Notes: generated by a model from the letters alone, not told the origin. 64,000 nucleotides of DNA from an uncultured Eubacteriales bacterium (GCA_964429795.1 CAYSCW010000004.1:35939-99938), one strand, 5' to 3'. Counted from the first letter of the stretch, positions 1 through 10,253 are shown. Numbers and translations are program-made.

Positions 1-355
1 CCTCCCTTTTGTTTTCCCGATTTGAATTCCTTCTGCCCAAATTTGGGAAAATGAGATGAACTGATCTCCTTAAAATGAATGTGGATTGAAGGAAGGGGAA
101 TGAGGCTTACGGATAGGGATCTAAGATGTTATAAGTCTGTGGCTTTCTGTTCGAAGCAAACATCCTGATTCCGTTCTTAAATTCAATCTAGCTCAAATGC
201 ATAGGAATGTCAATTTGAGCTTAACGGTCATCGAGCAATCATGGACAGAGCAGAAGGGGAGTTTTATTTTGAAAAAAATCGGTCTGTTTAAGCGCCCATC
301 ATAATGGGATATAATCATCAACGGAATGAACAGCTGAGAGTGGTCAAGGTTTGCG

Positions 356-1648
356 ATGATGGAATCTCTAAAGATTTTATTCAATGAACAGCTTGTATCT
401 CTTGTCATCTTCGTTGCCAGTTACTTGCTTTTTATCTTTTTACCAAAAAAAAGATCCCTTATCGCAGTTTCAGCAGCTGTCTTGCTCGTATCGACCCAAG
501 TGGTGTCTCTAAAGGAAGCCCTGTTTTCGATCAACTGGAATGTGATGGGGATATTTGTGGGAACACTGTTCGTTGCCGACATTTTTATGAAGAGCCGGGT
601 TCCAGCTTATTTGGCGGAGCTCATCGTTAACAGAGCTAAAAATACCGCCTGGTCCATTCTCCTTATTTGTGTGATGACCGGAGTTATCTCAGCTTTTGTC
701 GAAAATGTGGCCACTGTGCTAATCGTTGCACCCGTCGCCCTTGCCCTAGCAAGTAAGTTACATTTGAATCCCACAAAGATGATGATTGCCATCGCTGTAT
801 CAAGCAATCTTCAGGGTGCAGCCACATTGATCGGAGACCCGCCGAGTATGATTTTGGGCGGCTTTGCCCGGATGAACTTTGGAGACTTTTTCTTTTATAA
901 AGGTCGACCGAGCATTTTTTTTGCCGTGGAACTGGGTGCATTGTCCTCCTTTCTCGTCTTGTATCTTCTTTTCAGGCATTACAGGGGAAAAAAAAAGATC
1001 TTACCTGTCGAGAAAGTCAAGTCCTGGGTGCCTACTTATCTGTTGATAGCTCTTATTCTCTCTCTAGCATCATCTTCTTTTTTTGATACGGGATTTTCCC
1101 ATATGGCAGGAATGATCTGTATGGTTTTTGGCATTATTTGTGTTTTCTTGGAAAGAATCATGAATAAAGGTATGTTCCTTAAAAGCCTAAAACACCTTGA
1201 CTGGGATACAACCTTTTTTCTTATTGGAATTTTTATTCTGGTTGGGGGCATCACAGAAACTGGCTGGATCGATAAGGTTTCGATATTTCTCTCTGACTCT
1301 ATAGGACAGAACATTTTTTTAGCGTATTCAATACTTTTTCTCATTGCGGTGATCCTTTCTGCCTTTATTGACAATGTCCCGCTCCTGACCGCTATGCTTC
1401 CTGTTGCCATATCCATGTCTGAGAAACTACAGATTAATCCTTCCCTCTTTCTATTTGGCTTGCTTATCGGAGCAAGTTTGGGCGGTAACATTACGCCTAT
1501 CGGCGCTTCAGCCAACATCATAGCCTGCGGATTGCTGAAAAAAGAGGGCTATTCTGTCAGGTTCAGAGACTTCGTCGGAATTGGCCTTCCCTTTACCTTG
1601 GCTGCAGTGAGCACTGCTTATCTTTTTATTTGGATTGTTTGGAGATAG
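356..1648 (+). CDS. ArsB/NhaD/CitMHS-superfamily ion or organic-anion permease (polytopic membrane protein)
   Basis: 430-aa ORF that is hydrophobic throughout; GDPPSMILGG-type motif and two internally repeated halves typical of the ArsB/NhaD permease fold. ATG at 356. Confidence 0.55.
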   Translation: MMESLKILFNEQLVSLVIFVASYLLFIFLPKKRSLIAVSAAVLLVSTQVVSLKEALFSINWNVMGIFVGTLFVADIFMKSRVPAYLAELIVNRAKNTAWSILLICVMTGVISAFVENVATVLIVAPVALALASKLHLNPTKMMIAIAVSSNLQGAATLIGDPPSMILGGFARMNFGDFFFYKGRPSIFFAVELGALSSFLVLYLLFRHYRGKKKILPVEKVKSWVPTYLLIALILSLASSSFFDTGFSHMAGMICMVFGIICVFLERIMNKGMFLKSLKHLDWDTTFFLIGIFILVGGITETGWIDKVSIFLSDSIGQNIFLAYSILFLIAVILSAFIDNVPLLTAMLPVAISMSEKLQINPSLFLFGLLIGASLGGNITPIGASANIIACGLLKKEGYSVRFRDFVGIGLPFTLAAVSTAYLFIWIVWR

Positions 1649-1910
1649 AATAAGCCCTCTCTGAATTGGAATTCCTCCTCTTTACAATGACTCTAATAAT
1701 AATCTTCAATCACCTCAAACTGGCCTCTACAGCCGAGAACTCTCCTTCATGTTAGGCTATCCGACCGGCGCTGTGACTGGTTATATCCCTCATCTTTAAC
1801 TGTCACGGAAATGGAGATGCTCTCCTCTTTTTTTCTTTGTTTGAAATAAGGGTATGCTTTTTCTATAATAACGGGGAAAACAAGCCTGAGTCCAAACAGC
1901 AGGAGAGCGA

Positions 1911-2852
1911 ATGGGAAAATACAACATCGGCATCATCGGGGCAGGGCCAGTGGGAAGCATCATGGCCGCCTATCTTTCCCGAAGCGATGAAAATGTCTAC
2001 ATCGTGGATATTAAAAAAGAACTGATTCAAGCCATAAAAGAGAAAGGAATCACGGTCACTGGAGTGAGGGACAATTTCACCACAAAAATCAAGGGTACGG
2101 GTTACTTCGCAGCTAATCTTAATCGGTTTGACGTAGATCTTATTTTCGTGGCGGTGAAGTGCAACTATCTTGATACGCTCTTGGATGAACTAAAGCTGAT
2201 CCATAAGCCGGGCCAAAAAATAGTTCTTCTTCAAAACGGGATCGATAATGAGGACAGAGCAGCCGAGAAATTCAGTAAGATGGATATCCTGAGGTTTGTG
2301 ATCAATTATGCCGGAATGATCGTCAACCCGGGCACTGTCAGGTTCTCTTTCTTTAATCCGCCCAATTATATCGGAGTCCTGTCCTCCAAAAACAGGTCTA
2401 TTGCCAACGAAATTGCTGAAATCATAAGCGATGCGGGTCTAGAGACAGTCCACACTCCTGAAATAAAAAAGTTCGAATGGAAAAAGACCATCCTCAATGC
2501 GGCTCTGATGCCGGTCTGCGCCACCACGGGATTAACTATGAAACAGGCCATGGAAAGGGAGGAAACACGTTTCCTCTGCGAACAGATCCTCTCTGAATGC
2601 ATACAAGTGGCTAAAAAACTTGGCTTCAAATACGAGCGCAACTTCTTCGAGAATTGCCTTGCTTATCTGGACAATGCCGGCAATCACAAGCCCTCCACCT
2701 CTATCGACCTGGAAGCAGGTAATCCCATCGAATACATCTTCCAACCGATCATCGACTACGGAAAAAAAATCGGCTCTCCCACACCCTGTCTTGAATCCTT
2801 GACCAAGGTTGTCCGCACTCTGGAGCATAAGAAAAGAGAGAAAAAACTATAG
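1911..2852 (+). CDS. panE: 2-dehydropantoate 2-reductase (ketopantoate reductase) family oxidoreductase
   Basis: N-terminal Rossmann motif IGIIGAGPVGS; 313 aa, size and layout of the ApbA/PanE family; GGAGAG-like RBS upstream. Confidence 0.6.
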   Translation: MGKYNIGIIGAGPVGSIMAAYLSRSDENVYIVDIKKELIQAIKEKGITVTGVRDNFTTKIKGTGYFAANLNRFDVDLIFVAVKCNYLDTLLDELKLIHKPGQKIVLLQNGIDNEDRAAEKFSKMDILRFVINYAGMIVNPGTVRFSFFNPPNYIGVLSSKNRSIANEIAEIISDAGLETVHTPEIKKFEWKKTILNAALMPVCATTGLTMKQAMEREETRFLCEQILSECIQVAKKLGFKYERNFFENCLAYLDNAGNHKPSTSIDLEAGNPIEYIFQPIIDYGKKIGSPTPCLESLTKVVRTLEHKKREKKL

Positions 2853-2893
2853 GGTAAGGAGCAAGGCTTCTGGAAGGGACTGGCCAAAGGACA

Positions 2894-3646
2894 ATGACCA
2901 GCATCCTAAAAGACATAGCCGCTGACCTCAAAAATTCACGGTATGCGGTCGCTTTCACGGGTGCGGGTATCTCTGCTGAAAGCGGCATCCCCACCTATAG
3001 AGGAGAAGGAGGCCTGTGGACCAAATACGATCCCACTCTGTATGCCAGCATAAATTACTTCCTCCAGGATCCTTCCTATTACTGGAATTTTTTCCGCGAA
3101 GTCCGCTACCCCATGCTCAAAAAAGTCAAGCCGAACCCCGCTCATCTGGCTTTAGCCAAGATGGAGCAAGTGGGTAAGTTACGAACCGTGGTGACTCAGA
3201 ATATCGACGGACTTCATCAAGAAGCAGGCTCTTCTTCTGTCATCGAACTGCATGGAACAACCAGGGTCATTTCTTGTGTGAAATGCTCTCTTCCCTACAC
3301 AATAGACCAAGCCTTCACTTTTATGCAGGAAGAATGCCCCCCTATTTGTCCGGAATGCCGGGGTGTCCTTAGGCCGGCTGTCGTCTTCTTCGGCGAACCC
3401 TTGAATCCTCAGATCCTTCACATGGCCTACGAAGAAGCTGCCAATTGTGATTTCCTTCTAGCTGTAGGGAGTTCTCTTGTTGTCTACCCAGCAGCCGATA
3501 TCCCCTTGAGAGCCAAACAGGGAGGAGCTACCTTAGTCATCATCAATAAAGATCCAACCCCTCTGGATGATTTGGCCGACTATGTGATCCATGAGGAAGC
3601 CGGAAAGGTTCTCCCTCTAGTCGTTATGAGCCCGGAGAACATGTGA
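2894..3646 (+). CDS. cobB: NAD-dependent protein deacylase, Sir2 family (CobB-like)
   Basis: Motifs GAGISAESGIPTYRG and QNIDGLH, plus a Cys4 zinc ribbon (CVKC...CPEC); 250 aa. Confidence 0.85.
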   Translation: MTSILKDIAADLKNSRYAVAFTGAGISAESGIPTYRGEGGLWTKYDPTLYASINYFLQDPSYYWNFFREVRYPMLKKVKPNPAHLALAKMEQVGKLRTVVTQNIDGLHQEAGSSSVIELHGTTRVISCVKCSLPYTIDQAFTFMQEECPPICPECRGVLRPAVVFFGEPLNPQILHMAYEEAANCDFLLAVGSSLVVYPAADIPLRAKQGGATLVIINKDPTPLDDLADYVIHEEAGKVLPLVVMSPENM

Positions 3647-3682
3647 GGAAAAGGGAATTTTGGATCGCAGGAATGTTTTTGA

Positions 3683-6547
3683 CTAAGGTGTCTTCTTCTT
3701 AAGCGCCCTGAGGATCTTTTCTGGAGTGATGGGAAGATCTTTTATCCAGACTCCGGTGGCATGGGCGATGGCATGGGCTAATGCGGGTAAAACAGGAAGG
3801 ATGGAGCCTTCCCCGATTTCTTTAGCTCCATACGGCCCCTCTGGTTCATAGGATTCGACGATCCCGCTGAAGATCTCAGGGGCATCTTTGATGGTCATCA
3901 ACAAGTAATCATGGAGGTTGGGATTAAGAATGTTACCCTTTTCATCGTAGACAACCTCTTCCATGAGTGTCTCTCCTGCTCCCATGACCACAGCTCCCTC
4001 GGTTTGACCATGAACTGCCTGGGGATTGATGGGTGTCCCGCAGTCATGAAATCCAGTGAATTTTCTGATCTTCACCTTTCCTGTTTCTAAGTCGACCTCA
4101 CACTCACAAACAGAGCTGCCGAAGGAGTAGGCCGGGCTGGTTCCCACGGCCGCTCCTTTGAAATCTCCACCTAATCCTTCCGGGGGTTTATACCATCCTT
4201 TTCCCACAAGAGGACCATTCTGGTTAAAATATTTTCTTGCCGCCTCAGCCCATTCCATGGTCTTTGTTTGATCTTCCTTATGGTATATCCGGTTGTTCCT
4301 GGCCTCCAACTGCTCAGGGGCACAGTTCCACATCCTGGAAACTTCTAAAAAAAGCTTCCCGAGCACTTCTTTACCTGCCATGGCCACAGCATTTCCACCC
4401 ATCAGAGTGGTCCTTGAGGAATATGCTCCCAGGTCAAGGGGACTGATGTCCGAATCTTCCGAGCGGATGCGTACCCGATGCAGGCTTATCCCCAGAGTTT
4501 CGGCGCATATCTGAGAGAGGACAGTGGCTGCGCCCTGACCGATCTCTGCTGCCAGGATGAGAAGCACGGCTGCTGTGCCGTCTTCACTGATTTTGATTAT
4601 GGCATTGGAATGGGGAAAAGTGGCTTTTTTGAGGAAAGGTTCAGGCTCCTTTTCAGAAGTTCGCTGGACCTGCCCCCTGTAAATAGAATATGCTGCTCCT
4701 GAGACAAACCCTCCGCAACCGATGCCTATTCCTCTTCCTGGAGGAAGTTTACCGTATTTCTTTTTCCATTCTGACTTCTCTGCCACTTCTTTAAGAGTGG
4801 CCTTGAACTCGCAGCTTCCCACATACAGATCATTACACGTTCGCATGTTCGCTTCCATGGCATTGCGCTGGCGGATGTCGATAGGATCGATCCCAAGGTC
4901 ATCGGCAATCATGTTGAGCAGGCTCTCAAAGGCAAACCGGGGCTGAGGGGTTCCGTTTCCCCTCATGGCGCCGCAGGCCGGCTTATTGGTCACCACTCTG
5001 AATCCCTCATAACGATAGTTCGGAATACGGTAAAGAGTGGGGATCATACCTCCTGCATAGTAAGCGGTAATAATACCAAAAGAGGTGTATGCCCCTCCAT
5101 CCAGGTAGATCTGGCTCTTGACAGCAGTGATTCTCCCATCCTTCTTGACACCGATCTCAAATCTCATATATTGCTTGTGCCTTCCCCGGCCATGGAGAAA
5201 CATTTCCTGGCGGGTGTAGACCATCTTGACCGGCCGTCCTGTTCTCCTCGAGGCTATGGCTGTGACCAGGTCGAGGGGAGTGGTTTCAGCCTTTCCTCCG
5301 AATCCTCCTCCCACAGGAGGACGGATGATACGAATGTCCCCTAGAGGAATGTCCAGCACCCGAGCCAGCATGTATTGCAGGTAGTGGGGGACCTGAGTCG
5401 ATGAATACAAAACCAGGTTCGATCCGTCGTTTTCCCAATAGGCGATGGAAGCGTGGGGTTCGATCGGATTCTGGTAAGTATGATTCCCGATGAATTCCTC
5501 TTCCCGGATATAATCCGCCTCGGCGAATCCCTTTTCGATATCCCCGAAATTGTGGTCCACATGGGTGTTGATATTATTTCTATACCTCTCATGAAGCTGG
5601 GGCGCGCCTTCCCTGATCGCTTCCATGGGATCGAAGACCGCAGGAAGCTCTTCGTATTTCACCTCGATCAATTCCAAGGCTTTCTCTGCCGTTTCCTCAT
5701 CGGTGGCAATAATCGCGGCTACCTCGTCGCCCACGTAACGGACTCGATCCTTGGCCAGCACATGCTCATCGTAGCGGGCCGGAGAAACACCGTACAGAAT
5801 ATCAGGAACATCCTTGCCGGTCAGAACCAGCTTTACGCCGGGCAGCAACTCTGCTCTGGAAGTATCGATCTTTTTGATCCGGCCATGCGCGACAGGAGAA
5901 TGCAGAATCTTGCCATAGAGCATGTTTTCAAAAATAAAATCCGCTGTATACTTGGCTCTGCCTATGACCTTTTCAGCGGCATCGACACGGGGAAGGCTCC
6001 TGCCGACTGTATCAAATTCATTCCTGTCTTCAGGAGGAACAGGCGGAACTTTAGTCTTTTCATATTTCTTCCAATTTTTTACTGCCTCGATGATCCGCGT
6101 ATAGCCAGTGCACCGGCAGAGGTTTCCAGCAAGTGCCTCTTTAATCTCTTCTTCTGTAGGATGAGGATTACGGCGAATCAATGCATAAGCGCTCACCACC
6201 ATTCCCGGTGTACAGAATCCACACTGAATGGCTCCATGGTTGATGAAGGCCCGTTGGATCGGATGCAGTTCTCCATCCTGAGCTATTCCCTCGATAGTGG
6301 TGATTTCTGACCCTTCGCAGGCAGCAGCAAGGAGAAGACAACTGTTCTTTGGCTCCCCATCAACGAGTACTGTGCAGGCTCCGCATACTCCTAGGTTACA
6401 TCCTTTCTTGGTGCCAGTCAGCCTCAATTTATTCCTTAAAACATCAAGAAGAGTTTCCCCTTGCTTAACAGCAACGGAATGCAGTTCACCGTTGACCTTG
6501 AATGAGAGGATGCGGTATGCCCCTTTTTCTTTCTTCATAAACCTCAA
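3683..6547 (-). CDS. Molybdopterin aldehyde oxidoreductase, xanthine-oxidase family, with N-terminal 2x[2Fe-2S] domains fused to the Mo-binding domains (D. gigas MOP-like architecture)
   Basis: 954 aa. N-terminal region carries C-x4-C-x2-C (GCNLGVCGACTV) and CGFCTPGMV...CRCTGY FeS motifs. The remainder carries the GGGFGGK molybdopterin-dehydrogenase signature. Its stop overlaps the upstream FAD-subunit gene by 4 nt. Confidence 0.8.
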   Translation of the reverse strand: MRFMKKEKGAYRILSFKVNGELHSVAVKQGETLLDVLRNKLRLTGTKKGCNLGVCGACTVLVDGEPKNSCLLLAAACEGSEITTIEGIAQDGELHPIQRAFINHGAIQCGFCTPGMVVSAYALIRRNPHPTEEEIKEALAGNLCRCTGYTRIIEAVKNWKKYEKTKVPPVPPEDRNEFDTVGRSLPRVDAAEKVIGRAKYTADFIFENMLYGKILHSPVAHGRIKKIDTSRAELLPGVKLVLTGKDVPDILYGVSPARYDEHVLAKDRVRYVGDEVAAIIATDEETAEKALELIEVKYEELPAVFDPMEAIREGAPQLHERYRNNINTHVDHNFGDIEKGFAEADYIREEEFIGNHTYQNPIEPHASIAYWENDGSNLVLYSSTQVPHYLQYMLARVLDIPLGDIRIIRPPVGGGFGGKAETTPLDLVTAIASRRTGRPVKMVYTRQEMFLHGRGRHKQYMRFEIGVKKDGRITAVKSQIYLDGGAYTSFGIITAYYAGGMIPTLYRIPNYRYEGFRVVTNKPACGAMRGNGTPQPRFAFESLLNMIADDLGIDPIDIRQRNAMEANMRTCNDLYVGSCEFKATLKEVAEKSEWKKKYGKLPPGRGIGIGCGGFVSGAAYSIYRGQVQRTSEKEPEPFLKKATFPHSNAIIKISEDGTAAVLLILAAEIGQGAATVLSQICAETLGISLHRVRIRSEDSDISPLDLGAYSSRTTLMGGNAVAMAGKEVLGKLFLEVSRMWNCAPEQLEARNNRIYHKEDQTKTMEWAEAARKYFNQNGPLVGKGWYKPPEGLGGDFKGAAVGTSPAYSFGSSVCECEVDLETGKVKIRKFTGFHDCGTPINPQAVHGQTEGAVVMGAGETLMEEVVYDEKGNILNPNLHDYLLMTIKDAPEIFSGIVESYEPEGPYGAKEIGEGSILPVLPALAHAIAHATGVWIKDLPITPEKILRALKKKTP

Positions 6548-7428
6548 TTTCCCTTCTCAGATTTTCTCTGGGCCCTCTCTGAGGCTTCAGCAAGCGCTCT
6601 TCTGGTCAGAACCTCGACCAGTTCCTTCCTGAACCAGAGGGAGCCGCGGATATCAGAGATGGGATGACATTCTTCTTTAGCCATCTGAGCAACCCTGGCA
6701 AAGAGGCTCTCTGAAGGCTCCTTTCCGACAAGAAACCGGGAAGTTTTCATAGCCAGAACTGGAGTGGGGGCAACCGCACCAAGGACCACAGCAGCCCCGG
6801 TAATTTTTCCGTTAGCAATGGTGAGTCGAGCAGCTACAGATGCAACCGCAAGGGAGTTGGCCTCACGCAGGGCAAGTTTTTGATAGGAAACGCCTGTCTT
6901 GGGAGGAAGAAGAGGAAAATGAATAAAAGTCAACACTTCCCCTTCTCCACAAACTGTCTCTCTTGGACCGGAAAAGAAAGAAGAAAGAAGGACCTCCCGT
7001 GAAGAATCAAGACAGTGAAGCTCAACTCTGGCCTCGGCGGCCATCAGAGAGGGTGGAAGATCTGCCGAAGGCACAGCACTGGATATATTCCCCCCGATTG
7101 TGGCCATGGAACGAATCTGGTAAGAGGCCATAGAGCGAGCGGCATCAACCAGGGCCGGAAGAGATCGATTGATGAGGGGATTGCAGATGAGATCTTGTGC
7201 CGTGACCATGGCACCGATTCTTATCCTATTTTTCTCTTCTGTTATGTCCTTAAGTTCTTTTATCTCCTGAAGGGAGATAAGGTTTCTGGCTCGGACTAAG
7301 CCCTGCTTCAGGTCAACCAGGAGATCTGTTCCCCCTGCCAAGATACGAGCTTGCTCGAGTTCTGCCAGAAGCCTCAAGGCTTCATTTAATGTTTGCGGCG
7401 TGTGAAATCTCGCCTCATAGAGGGACAT
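6544..7428 (-). CDS. FAD-binding subunit of a xanthine-dehydrogenase-family enzyme (CoxM/XdhB-like)
   Basis: ILAGGTDLLVDLKQG FAD-binding motif; 294 aa; overlaps the MOP-like gene by 4 nt, consistent with co-transcription. Confidence 0.75.
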   Translation of the reverse strand: MSLYEARFHTPQTLNEALRLLAELEQARILAGGTDLLVDLKQGLVRARNLISLQEIKELKDITEEKNRIRIGAMVTAQDLICNPLINRSLPALVDAARSMASYQIRSMATIGGNISSAVPSADLPPSLMAAEARVELHCLDSSREVLLSSFFSGPRETVCGEGEVLTFIHFPLLPPKTGVSYQKLALREANSLAVASVAARLTIANGKITGAAVVLGAVAPTPVLAMKTSRFLVGKEPSESLFARVAQMAKEECHPISDIRGSLWFRKELVEVLTRRALAEASERAQRKSEKGN

Positions 7429-7649
7429 TCTTGAGTCCTTGCCTGTCTTTCTTTTTAGGAGTCATATATCATCGCAGACAGGAGTTGTCAACACGTGCAC
7501 CCGCAACGCATCATGATTTGACTTCCCGGTTTCCCTCTGATACTAGTTAGAAGCAGCAAAAACTCTGGTGCTAAAAGGATGGCAGAAAACAGAATAGATT
7601 CCTCAAGAAAAATTCCTCGCTTTTTCCCCTATAATTCCTGATTGTGGTT

Positions 7650-8495
7650 ATGAAGAAAACGAATAGTCTAGACGACCTAAGAGTCATCGACTTTCATGTT
7701 CACATCGGACGCAAAGAACACTGGCATGAATGGATTCATACCTACCAGAAAGAAGTTCGCTCCGAGTACTATGAAAAATATGAACAGATGATCGATCCTC
7801 AAAAATTTGCCCTTTATCTTAAAGAGCATAACATCGAAAAGGCGGTCATCCTTCCTGAGATAAGCCCCATCACAACAGGAATAGTTTCCAATGAGTACGT
7901 GCTGGAATTCTGTCAAGGTGAAGATATCTTCGTCCCCTTCTGTACGGTCAATCCCTCTCTGGTCAGTCATCCTGCCAAGGAAATCAAGAAATTCATCGAG
8001 ATGGGAGCAAAGGGGATAAAACTCTATCCCTCCTACAATCATTTCTACCCCAACGAAAGCTCTCTCTATCCCGTTTATGCCCTGGCTGAAGAATATGGGC
8101 TCCCCGTCCTGATTCATACAGGTTCTTCAGTTTTTAAGGGGGCGAAAATCAAATACGCTGATCCTCTTCATCTTGATGATGTGGCTGCGGATTTTCCCGA
8201 GCTGAAACTCCTCATGGCCCATAGCGGCAGGGGGCTCTGGTATGATAAGGCGTTTTTTCTCTCCCGTATTCACGAGAATTTATATCTTGAAATCTCAGGA
8301 CTTCCCCCAAAAAATTTCCTTAACTATTTTCCAGACATGGAGAAAAATATCGACAAATTCGTCTATGGATCTGATTGGCCTGGGATCGAAAGAATCGATA
8401 GCAATGTGGAAGCGATAAAGGAACTTCCTCTGGCAGAAGATTCAATAAGGAAGATTCTTTACGACAATGCAGCAAGGATACTCAATTTGAGCTAA
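7650..8495 (+). CDS. Amidohydrolase-2 family metal-dependent hydrolase/decarboxylase (TIM barrel)
   Basis: N-terminal VIDFHVHIG metal-binding motif and a later HxH/D pattern. The family includes non-oxidative aromatic-acid decarboxylases. ATG at 7650; an in-frame GTG at 7644 is an alternative start. Confidence 0.6.
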   Translation: MKKTNSLDDLRVIDFHVHIGRKEHWHEWIHTYQKEVRSEYYEKYEQMIDPQKFALYLKEHNIEKAVILPEISPITTGIVSNEYVLEFCQGEDIFVPFCTVNPSLVSHPAKEIKKFIEMGAKGIKLYPSYNHFYPNESSLYPVYALAEEYGLPVLIHTGSSVFKGAKIKYADPLHLDDVAADFPELKLLMAHSGRGLWYDKAFFLSRIHENLYLEISGLPPKNFLNYFPDMEKNIDKFVYGSDWPGIERIDSNVEAIKELPLAEDSIRKILYDNAARILNLS

Positions 8496-8496
8496 C

Positions 8497-8670
8497 ATGG
8501 AAACATACTTAACCGTCAATTTGGCCATTGCCGCTTATCTCATCGGTTCCATCTCCTTCAGTTATATCCTTGCCAAAAAAGCTGCAGGAATAGACATTCG
8601 AAAGGTGGATTCAAAAAGATTTATAGATTTAACATATGCCTTTATTCATTCAGTTTTCTTAAACACATAG
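8497..8670 (+). pseudogene. plsY: Remnant of plsY (glycerol-3-phosphate acyltransferase): N-terminal about 35 codons conserved, then divergent and stopped at codon 58
   Basis: Translation METYLTVNLAIAAYLIGSISFSYILAKKAAGIDIR... matches the PlsY N-terminus (AYLIGSIP..L...DIR) but lacks the following GSGNxGATN motif. The ORF overlaps the 3' end of the minus-strand DUF35 gene. Confidence 0.45.
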
Positions 8671-9083
8671 TTCAGTTGTCCATCGGGAAGCCTGTTAACC
8701 ACGGTCTCCATATCCATGCCCAGCTTGATCTCCTCTTCTGGAACATCGCTTGAAATCCTCCCGAAAACCTTATACTCTCCATAATCCAGAACAGCTATGC
8801 TGTATGGCAGATCCTGCTCAAACCCGACAGGAGCATACTTGAGTTGGCTGTAGGAGATGAGCCTACCCTTACCTGCGACCTCAAACCATTCTACCTCACT
8901 GGAAAAACACTTGTAGCAATCAGCTCTGGGCGGGAAGAAAACCTGGCCACATTCTTTGCAGCGGGTCCCCATGACTTTACCCTGTTCCAGGTAGTTTATA
9001 AAATCATTCACTCTAGTAACAGAAGTGAAGCTCACCGTTCCAAATTTTTTAAACCGGTCATCGATCTCTTTCTTCTGACTCAT
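8646..9083 (-). CDS. DUF35-family Zn-ribbon/OB-fold protein (acyl-CoA-associated partner of SCPx-type thiolases)
   Basis: CKECGQVFFPPRADCYKC zinc ribbon followed by an OB-fold segment; sits 3 nt downstream of a thiolase-like gene, the usual pairing. Confidence 0.7.
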   Translation of the reverse strand: MSQKKEIDDRFKKFGTVSFTSVTRVNDFINYLEQGKVMGTRCKECGQVFFPPRADCYKCFSSEVEWFEVAGKGRLISYSQLKYAPVGFEQDLPYSIAVLDYGEYKVFGRISSDVPEEEIKLGMDMETVVNRLPDGQLNYVFKKTE

Positions 9084-9086
9084 CCT

Positions 9087-10253
9087 TTACCTCCCCAGAA
9101 TTGTGACGTTTCCATAAAGGCCCACTCCGCCGATGTTGTGGACAAGTCCAATCTCTGGCTCTTTAACCTGCATCTCCCCGGCTTCGCCTCTGAGCTCGAG
9201 AACGATGGTCCTGATCTGCGACCCGCCGGTAGCCCCTATGGGATGCCCCTTGGAAAGCAAACCTCCATCCACATTGACCGGAATGCGCCCCTCTTTGTAA
9301 GTCTCTTTACTCTTTATCAGTTCCTTTCCCTCTCCCGGCTTGGCAAAGCCTAAGTCTTCATAGGCCAGTATTTCTGATATGGTGAAGCAGTCGTGAACCT
9401 CTGCCACATCGATATCCTGAGGCACGACTCCAGCCATCCTGTAGGCCTGTTCAGCAGCCTGTCGGGCTACGGTCAAACCTGTGAACAGATCCCTGCCTGC
9501 CATGTTGACACTGGCTGAGGCAGCTCCTAATCCTAGAATCCAAACCGGCCTCTGGGAAAACGTCTCAGCCCTCTCTTCGCTGGCAACAATCAGACAGGAA
9601 CTTCCATCGGCGTTGGCACAACAGTCCCCTACTCGAAGGGGGCTGGAAACCGGGCCAGACATGAAATGCTCGGGATCAGAAAACATCTCCACAGTCACCG
9701 GCTTTCGGAATAAGGCTTTTGGATTGACCTGTCCATAAGTGGCTGACTTCACCCTGACCAAAGCCAGGTCTTCCAGCATGGTTCCATATTTTTCCATATG
9801 AGCCTTGGCAAACATGGCATAATAGGCAGGCATCATGGTTCCGAATGGACTCTCCCACTGGATATCCGCACCTCGGCCCATTCTTTCTTGGGATTCTGCA
9901 GAGGAAATCTCCGACATCTTCTGGAATCCCAGAACAGCCACCACATCGTGAAGGCCGGACTTAATCAAAGAATAGGCCATTCTCAATCCCATACTTGTCG
10001 AGGAGCATAAGCTTTCTAAATAGCAGGTGGGTTGAGGAATGAGCCCAAGGTACTCGGCAAAGACGCCCGATGGAGAGCGCTGCTTGTCGTACTCAGGAGC
10101 AGAGCAGATGATAGAGGCATCGATATCCTGTGCAGAAATCTGGGCATCCTCCATGGCTTCTTTGAAGCCTTCAAAAGCCAGCTCTCTGATCGAACCGGGG
10201 TAACCCCGTACAAAAGCACTCTGTCCGACTCCGATAATTCCGACTTTTCCCAT
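9087..10253 (-). CDS. SCPx-type (non-condensing) thiolase-like protein
   Basis: Thiolase-fold motifs (GxGxS N-terminus, C-terminal GHPIGATG). The likely start is MGKVGIIGVG at 10253, which has a GGAGGTG RBS; the ORF as listed extends 15 codons further upstream. Confidence 0.7.
   Translation of the reverse strand: MGKVGIIGVGQSAFVRGYPGSIRELAFEGFKEAMEDAQISAQDIDASIICSAPEYDKQRSPSGVFAEYLGLIPQPTCYLESLCSSTSMGLRMAYSLIKSGLHDVVAVLGFQKMSEISSAESQERMGRGADIQWESPFGTMMPAYYAMFAKAHMEKYGTMLEDLALVRVKSATYGQVNPKALFRKPVTVEMFSDPEHFMSGPVSSPLRVGDCCANADGSSCLIVASEERAETFSQRPVWILGLGAASASVNMAGRDLFTGLTVARQAAEQAYRMAGVVPQDIDVAEVHDCFTISEILAYEDLGFAKPGEGKELIKSKETYKEGRIPVNVDGGLLSKGHPIGATGGSQIRTIVLELRGEAGEMQVKEPEIGLVHNIGGVGLYGNVTILGR

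Noticed and set aside
5453-6310. 285-aa ORF on the plus strand inside the MOP-like gene
   Set aside because: It is entirely antisense to a well-supported 954-aa molybdoenzyme gene, has no recognisable motifs and a skewed composition. It is typical of the shadow ORFs found in GC-moderate coding DNA.
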